Assembly: GCA_964016885.1 (NCBI GenBank)
Contig: OZ024756.1
Span: 11,222,001-11,286,000 of the forward strand
Length of the DNA: 64,000 nucleotides
Reading direction: 5' to 3'
From: Eledone cirrhosa
Lineage: Eukaryota
Below are positions 36,075 to 48,279 of this stretch, one piece after another. Numbering within the stretch: the stretch's first letter is position 1; each line of letters starts with the position of its first letter. The position numbers were made by a program, and so were the translations under genes. The notes below the pieces were generated by a model. It worked only from the letters and a program-made list of their open reading frames with translations, did not search any database and was not told the DNA's origin.

Positions 36075-36670
36075 GTCAGGTCACCAGTTGGTGCTACTGG
36101 TAACATGTATCCCAGTACAACCTGTCTCATGGTCGGGTCGTTGGCGACTAAACTGGCAACCCCACCAAGATTTCTTGGTGAGGAGGGTGACTTTGGACAT
36201 CCTGCAGGACTAAAAACAAAAGGGCAAAGGAACTCCTGGGAGCTCTTAAGAGCTCTTGGAGTCAATGGCCATCCAAAACCAGCACGGCCCGCCGAAAGGC
36301 GCTGCAGTGCCGGAAAAGTCAAATTCCTGCTACTAGTATGCTGGTAAGCTAGTACAACGTATCTCCAGATGGATAGAGTGGGTCCGTAGCTTTGGTTAGC
36401 AACTACTCTAGTGCTTGCAACACGAACAATTAGGGCGAGGGTATAAATGCCAGGTTGGTATCTGGCGCAGGGTAACCCACCACACGGAGGAGAAAGCACC
36501 TTCTTCAAGACTAGGCTGTCAAATTCTTTCCAATGTGTGTAGTAGTGGCGCCCACACACATTATTAGCTATTTGAAAAGATGATGGATTTCGCAACTAAC
36601 TGCAGCGGGGTTCCTGAATTCTGGGGCATGAGAGTGAGATCCGTCATCTCGACAGTAGTCGACGAATGAA

Positions 36671-36674
<4 letters not shown>
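36075..36674 (+). mobile_element. GC-balanced ~600-bp insertion in (TA)n; possible non-autonomous RTE/RTEX derivative
   Basis: Sharp compositional boundaries and many hairpins. Ends CTCGACAGTAGTCGAC-GAATGAATGA with a short repeat tail. No credible ORF. Confidence 0.4.
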
Positions 36675-36754
<80 letters not shown>

Positions 36755-37120
36755 GTCATATATACAGTATGCCCCAACCCCACACACCCTCCCATACACT
36801 ACCAGGAGGACAGACCAAAGTAAATGCATCCTGCGAAGCGCCCTCAGCCCTTGATGTAAAGTGATCGTGATTGTGACATGGCAAAAAGTGCTCAGTCTAC
36901 ATTCTAGAGTGGTCGTGTAGGTGTCACAGCAAAAAGCACCCAGTCCACACTGTAAATGAGGTTGGCGTTAGGAAGGGCATCCAGCCGTAGAAACCAGGCC
37001 AGAACCAGTCCGGTAGGAGCAAGACACGGTCACCTGACCTAGGAATGCCCACAACAGGACAACCCATCTAACCCATGCTAGCGTGGAAAATGAACGTAAG
37101 ATGGAGGTGATGATGATGAT
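36755..37120 (+). mobile_element. RTE 3'UTR (same family as 6424-6700)
   Basis: Homologous tail, 48-bp units and (GAT)n. Confidence 0.75.
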
Positions 37121-37126
37121 ATGTGT

Positions 37127-37411
37127 ATCATCATCATCATCATCATCATCATTTTACGTCCACTTTTCCCTGCTTGCAAGGGTGGGACGGGAACTGATTC
37201 TGGCTTGATTTCTACAGCTGGATGCCCTTCCTAACACCAACCTCATCTACAGTGAGTGCTGGGTGCTTTTTTTGCCGTGGCACCTCCACGACCACTTTGC
37301 AGTGGAATGATAGGGACCCCAGTCCCTATCATCTCATTTCTACAGCTGAGTAAACTGGAGCAATGTGAAATAAAGTGTCTTGCTCAAGGAAACAACACAT
37401 CACCCGGTCTG
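37127..37411 (-). mobile_element. SINE family A, 5'-truncated
   Basis: Matches 35182-35460. Confidence 0.85.
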
Positions 37412-37452
37412 TATATACACACAAATATATATATATATATATATAGACCATG

Positions 37453-37517
<65 letters not shown>

Positions 37518-37518
37518 T

Positions 37519-37655
37519 AGTCCAGAAATAGCCATCGAAACGGCTTGGGCTCTGCCGTTGGGGTCAACATTTTCCTATTACCCACTCTACTACCCTAAGT
37601 ATTGAGTACTCTGGTGCGTTATGGTCCATCTGGTTCCTTACCACAACTCCTTCAT
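37519..37655 (+). mobile_element. Short pLTR/retrozyme-like fragment carrying the 3' half of an HHR
   Basis: GAAA-CGGC(loop)GCCG-TT-GGGGTCA. Homologous to 38318-38450. (TA)n flanks. Confidence 0.55.
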
Positions 37656-37673
37656 TATATATTATATATACAC

Positions 37674-37708
<35 letters not shown>

Positions 37709-37722
37709 TGTGTATATATATA

Positions 37723-37744
37723 TATTCATTGAACCTTGTTTAAC

Positions 37745-37784
<40 letters not shown>

Positions 37785-37959
37785 GTTAAACAAGGTTCAA
37801 TGAATAAATCAAAGAATCTACTATGTCAGGGTATGTTATGCATCATCTTATTTTATCTGATGAGGACGTACTGTTGAAGTTAGCTCAGTACCTCTGAAAT
37901 ATGTATAATAAAATATACTTGATCACACGAATGTCTAATTTTGTTAATATTTTGAATTA

Positions 37960-37960
<1 letters not shown>
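37723..37960 (+). mobile_element. HHR-bearing element (HHR 37849-37915) with a short inverted copy of its 5' end (hairpin 37723-37806)
   Basis: TATTTTAT-CTGATGA-GGACGTACTG(loop)CAGTACCTCT-GAAA-TATGTA-TA-ATAAAATA. 26-bp inverted arms surround a (TA)n run. Confidence 0.72.
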
Positions 37961-38006
<46 letters not shown>

Positions 38007-38026
38007 GTTGGTTCCACAAAACTTCC

Positions 38027-38236
38027 ACTGTAAAGTGGTCGTGTAGGTGTCACAACAAAAAGCACCCAGCCCACACAATAAATGTGGTTGGCGCTAGGAA
38101 AGGCATCCAGCCGTAGAAAACCAGCTAGAAACAGTCCTATATGAGTGAGACACGGTCACCCGAACTAACTTGCCTCTAAATGGGACAAACCCATCTAACC
38201 CATGCTAGCATGGAAGACGGTTGTTAAACGATGATG

Positions 38237-38238
<2 letters not shown>
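38027..38238 (+). mobile_element. RTE-type 3' tail
   Basis: Homologous to 1-227. Confidence 0.75.
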
Positions 38239-38272
<34 letters not shown>

Positions 38273-38277
<5 letters not shown>

Positions 38278-38450
38278 AAAAAGTATGACCCCGACGGCAG
38301 AGCTCAAGCCGTTTCGAGAAATAGCCTTCGAAACGGCTTGAGCTCTGCCGTCGGGGGTCATACTTTTTCCTATTTCCCACTCTACTACTCTAAGTATTGA
38401 ATACTCTGGTGCGTTATGATCCATCTGGTTCCTTACCACATTTCCTTTGT
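38273..38450. mobile_element. Tail-out hairpin (38273-38317 / 38328-38373) of an HHR 3' half
   Basis: Both arms read outward TCGAAA-CGGC TTGAGCTCT GCCG-TC-GGGGTCAT (GUC triplet). (TA)n flanks. Confidence 0.65.
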
Positions 38451-39092
38451 TATATATATATATATATATTTATTAAAATAACAGATTAAAGTTTAAGCAA
38501 AGAATTGTTGCTTTCACCCTTAACGGGATCTTCTGAAACTAAAAAAGTCAATCTGTGAACGCAGAAGTAAATATTTCAAAATAAGTTGATGGGACTAGCA
38601 TGGGTATCACTGCTAGGACCGGTTAAACCTCAGCGTACTCAATAGGTAATGCTAAGTAAACTTCCAGAGTAGACAGATAGTTATTCGCTTCATTACAACA
38701 GACGTAAACGGGTACCTTCAATCTATACTCGAACTCCAGTTTCGGTCACTCTTAATGCAGCAAGAGAGTGCACAGCATCCACTGTCTGCATTTATTATGC
38801 AACAATGCACAATCGTAGTATGTGGCTTCATCAGCGGGTTTCACCTAATCAATAACCAATCGATCAACAGAATTCGATTCCAGTCCGTGTCAGCTATGAT
38901 GGTCAACACAGTAAAACATTAGCAACTGAAATCCCTACGTGAAATCACAATGTCGTCAACCGTTGGGCCACTGGTTCAGAAATGTACGTGCCATTAGCAC
39001 TCAGCCAATGTGTCTCAAACACAAATTAACAAGTGAGTGAAAAATCGGTTATTAGAGAAAATCAGTCTCTAATCGTTGTATATAGATAGATA

Positions 39093-39432
39093 TATTTCTT
39101 TATTTACCATAAAGGTATAAAAAGAAGGGACAAATACAAAGGGGGAGTTTACATAAAACCGAGTAAAAAGGGTATAAAATGAAAATAATCAAAAACAACC
39201 TCAAAAGGGAGGGGACGTGATGGGGGTTGCACACCCCTCCGAAAAAGTGTTGCAAAGGATTGCACGGGGAGCACATGGAGAAGGTGATCCCCTCTCCTTC
39301 ACTTCTTTACCTACAGGATGGTATACAGAGAAGGCCCATTTACACGAGCCATTCTCGCCACTATCACCCACCTTTCATAAAACTGCCTGTGGCCAAGCAC
39401 CTCTCTCTCCATTCTTATCTTTCTTCACGTTG
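39093..39432 (-). mobile_element. L1/Tx1-clade 3' end fragment
   Basis: Homologous to 39485-39830. Ends AAATAAAGAAATATATCTATCT. Confidence 0.82.
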
Positions 39433-39716
39433 TATATAGATAGATAGATAGAGAGAGAGAGAGAGATAAATAGATATATAGATAAATTTCTATTTATTTG
39501 CCACGAGGGCATAAAAGAAGGGGACATTTACACAGTGGGGGAGTTTACATAAATCGAGTAAAGAAAAAAGGAATAACAATAATAATATAACAATAAAAAG
39601 TCCTCAAAAGGGAGGGGGCGTGTTGGGGATTGCACATACCCCCGAAAAGTGTGCAACTCTTTTCGCGGGGGAAGCCCAGAGAGGAGGCGCTCCCCCTTTC
39701 CTCTTCACTTCTTCAC

Positions 39717-42700
39717 CTACAGAACAATGTAGAGAGAAGGCCCATTTACACGGGCCATTCTCGCTTCTTTCACCCACCTTTCATAAAACTGTCTGGGACC
39801 AAGCACTTCTCTCTCCATCCTGATTCTTCTTCCGAAGTGGTATCGGAAGAAGTAAACCAGGTGATGGCCGGAGAGAAAGTCACCCGACCTCAGACCTTTC
39901 AGGCGCGTCCACCACACAACCTCTTTCATCATGGCTATTACGCACAGAAAGACCGCCTCTGCTTCATTTCTGAAGGGAGGAGGCGGCTTGATGTTCACCA
40001 CAGACTCGGCGGTTAATCGAATCGGCGCCACACGCGACAGCAGTCGTTCGACGTAGCCCCACAGATCGGCAACGCCCGGGCAGTGTACCAGTGCATGCGC
40101 AACGGTTTCCTCGTCGCGCACGCATCTGGGACAGATCTTTTTCGCGGGATCCCTGCCCGGGCGCCCGTGTCTGTAGAGCTTTTCTCGAACGGGCAGAGCC
40201 CCCCGGTAACACTGCCAGGCTATGGCCCTCTGGAAGTTGTCCATGGGTCCCGGGCCGAAAGTTCTACCGAACAGGCTGGCCAGTTCGTCCTCCTCCATGC
40301 CTAGCGACTCTCCAAGGGTGTCGTCGCCCCTGCTAGCCACCAACCCTCTATAGAATGTCGAGGTGGATTCTCCACTGACAGTCGGGTCCGCTTGCCAGAT
40401 AGCCGTGAGCGCTTGGGCACACTCGGTGTGCCAGTTGCCCAGTTTTCTCAGTCTTTGCTTCACCCAGGATTGCAGTTCGGTGAGCGAGACGAGCTGTGGG
40501 AAGGCTCGCCTCACAAACGGGGCCCACACCGGCTGACCGTTGAGGAATACCTGTAGATGCCGTAGCCTCAATGCGTACCTACGCATCAACAGCCACGGCA
40601 TACCCAGCCCTCCTTTCGAAGGGTGCTGGCAGCAGATGGATCTCCTCACCATGGGAGGCCGCTTCTTCCAGAGGAACTGGAAGAGCATGCGTTCCATGAT
40701 GGTGAGCTTTTCCTTGGGGCAAGGCACGACGGTCAGGCGGTAGTAGATGACGGACGCTATGTAAGCGTTCGTCACCTCCGCCCGACCTTTCAGTGATAGT
40801 TTGCACTTGGCCCACTTCTGGGTCAGCGCAAACACCCTGCTCGTCACCTTGCCCCAATTCTTCTCCACCTGGAGGTCCGGTCCGAACCAGACCCCGAGCA
40901 GCTTCACCGGGCCCTCCGTCCACCGCCCGACGACACCGTCTAACGGCATCGGTTTGCCCCTCCACGTTCCGAGTTGCAAACCGACTGACTTGTCCTGGTT
41001 CAGCCTAGCCCCCGTCAGCCTTTCGTATTCCTCCAGTAGGGTGGCGATCGCCCCGATTTCCGAGGCGTCCGCCACCATTACTGTTACGTCGTCGGCATAG
41101 GCCGAGACCGCTTTGTGCAATCCCGGTTCCAGGGGTATGCCCCGCAGCAACTCCAACTTCCGCAGCAGTGGCTCGAGAGTCAATACGTACAGAAGGGAGG
41201 AGAGGGGGCACCCCTGTCTGATAGATCGGGTGATTTGAAACGGCTCCGAGAGGTAGCCGTTTACTTTAATCCTAGAGTAGATGTTGCCACTGTGCATGGC
41301 AGAAATCCAGCCGCTGAAAACGGGTCCGAAGCCCGCCGCCGCTAGCACCGCATCCAGGTAACCATGGTCGACCCTATCGAACGCCTTAGATTGATCCAAG
41401 TTGATCAGGGCCCCACCAATGCCGGGTTCGTTGCCAACCCTCTCTATGATGTATCGCATGAGGTGGAGGTTGTCGTGAATGGACCTGGACGGAATAGCGC
41501 ATGTCTGCGCGTCTCCCACCAAACCACCCACCACAAGCGCCAACCTCTTCGCCAACACCTTGGCCAAAATCTGTAACTCTGCATTCAGCAGAGTTATGGG
41601 CCTAAAGTTACTTAAGTCGTCCCCCTTGCTCTCGTCCTTCCTCACTAGCGTGACCACGCCCTTGGTCACAGAACAGGGAATTCTCCCGTTCTGTTGCCAG
41701 TTGCAATAGACAGCCTCGAGGAGTTCGGAGAACAAGACCGGCATAGCTAAATAAAATTCGTATGGTAGACCATCGAGACCCGGGGATTTGCGTCTGCTGC
41801 ATTGGCTGAGCGCTTCCCCGATTTCAGTGGCTGTGATTGGCCTTTCGCAGCACTCCGCTTCGCCGCTCGAAAGACGCGGTAGACCGTCGAGGTATGGACC
41901 GAAGTCCACATCCCCGTCCGGCCCCCCGCCCCCTCCGAACAGTCGAGCAAAGTGCCTTTGAAAGGCCTCGCACATCCGCTCAGGTTCAAGGATCACCCGT
42001 CCATCCTGGTCTCGCAAAGACCGAATGGTGGATTTAATCCCACTCTTGGCTTCTGTCACGCGGGCCCAGCTAACAGCTTTGATCCCCTCGTTTCCTAAAG
42101 CACGTATTTTACTACGGACAACGCAGCCTTCGTGCTTCGCGTCAAAGAACTGGCTCAACGCCGTTCTCGCCGCTAACACTCTGGCTACGTTTCCGCTCCT
42201 AATCGCCTCTTCTAGTTTATCTGTTAACTCCCTTTCCTTCCTATTTCTATTCGCCGCTAGTTCCTTACTGTAACCTATCGAACTTACTCTAATCTCTCTC
42301 TTTAGAGATACCCACCACCTACTGTTGACGATCGCTCCCGTCAACCGCATCTTAACTAAGCTACTAATCCGGTTCCTGTAATCTTTCTTTGCCGGCAAGG
42401 ACAAGTTCATCTTCCAGTAACCGGGACCCTGTCTATGCGTTCTATCAAGGTTGACCACGCAGGTCACTAATTTGTGATCTGAATAGCCAACCATGATCAA
42501 TTCTGGACAACTAAATACGTCCCTATCCTTACTCCTAACCAAAAACCTATCTAGGTACGATCTAGATTGTCCACTGCGGTTTGCCCAGGTCCAGGTTGGC
42601 GCAGTTGGACAATCTAGTCGAAATCTATCGACCAGGTCGAATCGATCGAGTAACCCCTTGAGGCTGCTACACCCCCCTCTATCGGGACATGCCCCTGCAT

Positions 42701-43149
42701 AGTCCCAACGCGCATCTAGGATTCCATTCCAGTCCCCCACTAAAAGCAGGGAACGCGACGTTCCTAGAAAAGTCTCCAGACGCTGGAAGAAGTCGGCTCT
42801 TTCCGCCCCGAAGGGGGCATAAAGACCGACCAGTCTGAAAGCCCCGCCTTCACCGCCTCCGACGTCCAGCACCAGTAATCGACCCCCCGGGTCCGAGTGA
42901 ACAATCTGTACGTCGAGAGCCAGACGTTTATCCAGCAGTACGGCAACCCCCCCCCCCCCCGCCTCCGGGTTGACAGAGAGATGCGTGCATCTTAAAGTCA
43001 TCGAAGGCGGGCGCCAGCTGTCTCACGCTGCTGATCCGACTCTCGCAAACAACCATCACATCTATACTTTGTGACCTGAGGTCATTTAGAAGCTTTGCTT
43101 GCTTCCAAGCTGAGCCCAGGCCACGCGCGTTCAAACAGCCAACTCTCAA
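39717..43149 (-). CDS. Tx1-like ORF2 (APE endonuclease, RT, C-terminal CCHC); one frameshift at the C-run ~42947-42960
   Basis: LNARGL, VCES, LVGDWN, YLDRF, YSDH, GPGYWKMN, SPGLDGL, FRPITLLN, LDQSKAFDRV, IRQGCPLS, AYADD, CPRC...ETVAHALVHC. Confidence 0.92.
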
Positions 43150-43154
43150 TTGAT

Positions 43155-44988
43155 CTATTTTGGTGTTGAAAGTGAAGAAAGAAAAGCACCTACCTCTCCG
43201 GGTTGTGTAATTTCCATGGCATCAGGTGTGTTGGGTGGAGGTATGTTTTGTGGTGGTGTGGGGGTACTCGTGTATGGTGGGGTTGGGGTATTTGGAGTTG
43301 TGTCAGGGAGAGGGGCGGTTATGGGGAAATCTTTCAAGAGGACGCGATTTAACGGTTTTAAACAGGGGGTGCTCACGTCCCGTCTAAATTGTTCTTTTAA
43401 GGAACGATAAAGGTCCAGAGGGACCTTTATCATTTTTAAATGGGTGAAGTTCTCTGTTGAGATAAAGTTTGGCCCTTCGGTCTGCACCATAGGGTTATTG
43501 TTTATTAATTTAACCAGTTTTTTGTTTTCTTTATTTATATATGTGTATTGCAACGTCTTTTTTTGTGATGCTGTCAATGTTTCGGAGAGGGGAGGGGCAG
43601 ATTTATTTTTGTTTGTTGAGGGTGGGGTGTTTTTGATTGGAGTTGGTGTTTGTGTGTGGGTTATTTGTGGTGTGCTGGGTGTGTGTTTTCTTTTTTTTCT
43701 TTTAACTTGTCTGAAGGCTTCTCCTCCTTCTTCTTCAGAAGTTGGGGGAAACTCTTCAGCGCTAGGTGGGAGGGACGTGTTGTGTGGTTGTTTTTTTTTT
43801 GCGGGAGGGGTAGATTTGTTACTGTTTTTTTTATTATTTGTTTGGACTGGGTTTTGTGGTGGTGGTGGTAATGTTTGTGTCGTGCTTGTGGTTGGTGATG
43901 GTGGTGTTTGTGTTGTGGTTGGTGGTGGTGATTTTTGTGTCGTGCTTGTGTTTGGTGCTGGTGGTGGTGATGTTTGTGTTGTGTTTGTGGTTGGTGGTGT
44001 CTGTATTTTGTTTGCTGTGTGTGGTATTAGCGTATTTTTTGAGGTGGCTGGTGTTGGTGTACTGTTTGTGGTGGGTGTGGGCAATAGTCCTTTTTGGGGG
44101 ATACGTTTCGGGCAGTTAGCCTTAACGTGTCCCCTTTCCATGCATAAATAGCATGCTGGTCTTCTCCCCTCTACAATTATGTCTATTGGGGTAAGGTCAT
44201 CCAGCCAGATGCGATCCGGGATTTGTGCTATTCTTTCGGGCCTCATTTGGACTAGTATGTCGAGGCCCATTCCCAGGAACGCATCTCCAGTTGCCTTCCC
44301 CATTGACAGCATTGTGTCTTCGCCCATATCAATGAAGCCAGCAATAGCCCACCAGAAGTCCATTGTGGGCAGCATTGTTTTTACTTTTACTCTCTGTGTT
44401 CTTCTACCCATGTAGGAGGGATAGAAGCTATATGTTGTCGATGAGAGTGGGCTTAAGGAAAGCTTCTCCGCCGTTTCCTTGTCTCTTGTTAGGACCGAAA
44501 TGCTGCCATAGAGTCGGTCCTTTCGTATGAAGAGAATATTCTTCATATAGTCTTTTAGGACTAACTCTATTTCCATTTGGCTGGGCTGTGCTGGCTTTCT
44601 TGTCTGGTTCAGTATAGTTCTGTAGAGAACTGTGTTTTCTGCTCTGGCTTTCTTGAATTCTGGGGGGGGTGGGGGGGTTAATGGAAAACATTCCGTTCTC
44701 CCCCAAAACAATGTGTTTCTTTGCTTCGGCCAGTTTTTCTCTGGCAGCAGTTAGGTCAATTGGTGTGTATGTAATGGATTGTTTTGTTTTCTGGGCGAAA
44801 GTTGCCCTGTTGTTATTTGTATTATTTTCTGTTTGTTTGTTTTCTGTTTGCTCATTTTCCTTAACATTTGTTTTTTCATTTTCTTTGTTTGTTTCATTGT
44901 CTAATTTTGTTGTAATTATTTTTTGTTCTTCAGACTTGGGGGGCGTGGCAGAGCTAATGGCAGACATGTCTGCCATCTTTTCCGCCAT
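43155..44988 (-). CDS. Tx1-like ORF1 (gag-like, zinc knuckle, Pro/Thr-rich region); one frameshift at the G-runs ~44662-44678
   Basis: CYLCMERGHVKANC, TFAQKT and VKRKKRK. The ORF-track pieces 44428-45015 and 43155-44711 overlap at the homopolymer. Confidence 0.82.
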
Positions 44989-45234
44989 GCTGCCAAGAAA
45001 GAAATTTTTCGGCAAAAATAGATATTTATTTTACCCCCTAAAAAGGGGGTAAATGCAAAAATGTTTCCCTAAAAAACAGGGGTTAGTGTTCCAAATGTGT
45101 TGCACTGAAAAATTTATCCGGTACTTACAATAGTAAGGGTAAATCCCGATGGAATAGCGGAGCCGATGTGAAGCGTGTCTTACTCTATCAAGATAGATAG
45201 ATAGATAGGTAGATATATAGGTAGATAGATAGAT

Positions 45235-46138
45235 ATATTTCTTTATTTGCCACAAGGGCGCACAAGAAAAGGGGACAAAACAAAGACATGCCGGGGATTT
45301 TACATACAATCGTGTAAAAAAAATATAAAACAAACAATTATAACAGTCGAAATCCCCAATATGGGTGAAGCGCCACAAATGGGTTGTTTAATACCCCGTC
45401 GATAGAACAACCCTCAACTTGAGGAGCGTGTTGTGCAAGTGCTCCCTTCTTCCTTTTGCTCTCTTCTTTAACCTACAGGTTTATAAACAGAGAAGGCCCA
45501 ATCCCTCGGGCCATTTTCGCTTCATTCACCCACCTTTCAGTAAATTTACTGAGATGCAGTGCCTCTCTCTCTACTCTGATTATCCTTCTAAAGTGGTACC
45601 TAAAGAAGGGAATCAATTGTTGATTCAATTGTCCGGAGAGAAAGGCATCTGTCCTCAGTCCTCTCAATTTCGTCCACCATATAACCTCTTTTACCATAGC
45701 CACTATACAGAGGAAAACCGCCTCTCTTTCGTTTTTGAAAGAGGCTGGCGGTTTGATCCTTACTATGGACTCGGCAGTCAACTGGATTTGTCCCATACAC
45801 GACAGCAGTTGTTCTGCATAGTTCCACAGGTTACTTACGCCCGGGCAGTGTACAATTGCGTGCAAGATGGTTTCAATGTCCTGCTAAGGATTCCTGCCGG
45901 GGCGTCCGTGCCTGTAGATCTTATCTCGAATGGGTAGAGCTCCTTGGTAGCACAGCCAGGCCAGGGACCTCTGGAAGTTGTTCATAGGTCCTGGGCGGAA
46001 AGTCATACCGAACAGACTGGTGAACTCGTCGTCTTCGACGCCTAGAGTCTCCCCGAGCACGTCGTCGCACTTGTAAGGGTACTAACCCTCTATAGAATGA
46101 CGAAGTGGAGTCTCCACTGATTGCTGTGCCCGCTTGAC
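45235..46138 (-). mobile_element. L1/Tx1-clade 3' fragment (diverged sibling)
   Basis: HAIVHCPGVSNLW...AVFLCIVAMVKEVIWWT is homologous to the ORF2 C-terminus. Same AAATAAAGAAATATATCTATC end. Confidence 0.88.
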
Positions 46139-46436
46139 AGCTGGATGCCCTTCCTAACACCAACCTCATTTACAGTGAGTGCTGGGTGCTCTTTTTCCAT
46201 GGCGCCTACACAACCACTTTACAGTGAGTGCTGGGGGCGTTTTTGCCATGGCACCTCCACGACCACTTTGCAGTGGAATGATAGCGACCCCAGTCCGTAT
46301 CATCTCATTTTTACAGCTGAGTAAACTGGAGCAATGTGAAATAAAGTGTCTTGCTCAAGGAAACAACACATCACCCGATCCGAGAATTGAACTCACAACC
46401 ATTCGATTGCAAGGCCAATGCTCTAACCACTAAGCC

Positions 46437-46440
<4 letters not shown>
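46138..46440 (-). mobile_element. SINE family A (3' part missing)
   Basis: Homologous to 5199-5510. Confidence 0.85.
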
Positions 46441-46474
<34 letters not shown>

Positions 46475-46539
46475 GTGTGTGTGTGTTTACTCATCTGAAC
46501 TGAGTGGATGTATATATAAGTATGTTTACACATGATTCT

Positions 46540-48200
46540 ATGTGTATGTGTCTCTGTGTGTATGTATCTATCTGTGTATATGTATATCTATGTGTCTCTG
46601 TGTGTATGTGTGTATGTACATATGTGTATGTATCTCTATATGTGTATGTATCTCTATGTGTATGTATCTATGTGTATGTCTCTATATATATATGTATCTC
46701 TATATATTTTTATTGAAAGGAGGGTTTTATTGAAAGTGTATGTATCTATATATGTGTATGATTCTATATGTGTATGTATCTCTATATGTATATGTATCTC
46801 TATATATGTATGTATCTATGTGTATGTATCTATATGTGTATGTATCTCTATATGTGTATGTATCTATGTGTATGTATCTATATGTGTATGTATCTCTATA
46901 TGTGTATGTTTTTCTATATGTGTATGTATCTAATTGTGTATGTATCTATATATGTGTATGTATCTATATGTGTATGTATCTCTATATGTGTATGTATCTC
47001 TATATGTGTATGTTTTTCTATATGTGTATGTATCTAATTGTGTATGTATCTATATGTGTATGTATCTATATGTGTATGTATCTATGTGTATGTATCTCTA
47101 TATGTGTATGTATCTCTATATGTGTATGTATCTATATGTGTATGTATCTATATGTGTATGTATCTATGTGTGTATGTATCTATATGAGTGTATGTATCTA
47201 TGTGTATGTATCTATATGTGTATGTATCTATATGAGTGTATGTATCTATATATGTGTATGTATCTATATATGTGTATGTATCTATATGTGTATGTATCTC
47301 TATATGTGTATGTATCTATATGTGTATGTATCTCTATATGTGTATGTATCTATATGTGTATGTATCTATATGAGTGTATGTATCTATATATGTGTATGTA
47401 TCTATATATGTGTATGTATCTATATGTGTATTATCTATATGTGTATGTATCTCTATATGTGTATGTATCTATATGTGTATGTATCTCTATATGTGTATGT
47501 ATCTATATGTGTATGTATCTATATGTGTATGTATCTAATTGTGTATGTATCTCTATATGTGTATGTATCTATATGAGTGTATATATCTATATGTGTATGT
47601 ATCTATATATGTGTATGTATCTATATGTGTATGTATCTATATGTGTATGTATCTAATTGTGTATGTATCTCTATATATGTATGTATCTATATGTGTATGT
47701 ATCTATATGTGTATGTATCTCTATATGTGTATGTATCTATATGAGTGTATATATCTATATGTGTATGTATCTATATATGTGTATGTATCTCTATATGTGT
47801 ATGTATCTATATGAGTGTATATATCTATATGTGTATGTATCTATATATGTGTATGTATCTATATGCGTATGTATCTATATGAGTGTATGTATCTATATAT
47901 GTGTATGTATCTATATGCGTATGTATCTATATGAGTGTATGTGTCTATATATGTGTATGTATCTATATGTGTATGTATCTATATGAGTGTATGTATCTCT
48001 GTGTATGTATCACTATGTGTGTATGTATCTATATGTGTATGTATCTATGTGTATATCTACATGTGTGTATGTATGTGTACCTGTCTTGCTACATGTATAT
48101 CTATATGTGTATATATGTGTGTATGTATGTACTTGTATTGCTACATGTTTATCTATATGTATACATGTATCTGTATTGCTACATGTCATGCTACATGTCA
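46540..48200. repeat. 16-18-bp TATATGTGTATGTATC-type minisatellite
   Basis: Seen directly. Confidence 0.95.
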
Positions 48201-48279
48201 TGCTACATTAATAACTAAACTTCTATATTACAATATCTGCTGTGTTATGTAACAGAGTAACTGGCTTTTCTCCCTGTTC

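Larger units (their letters stand above)
39485..45190 (-). mobile_element. Full-length L1/Tx1-clade LINE
   Basis: 5'UTR, ORF1 with CCHC knuckle, ORF2 EN-RT-zinc finger and a 3'UTR with an A-rich end. Bounded by (GATA)n-type tracts. Confidence 0.92.

Noticed and set aside
38715-38845. Minus-strand CTGATGA ... GAAA-CT...AG-TA
   Set aside because: The halves are about 90 nt apart and no stem I pairing was found. The region 38470-39080 remains unclassified.
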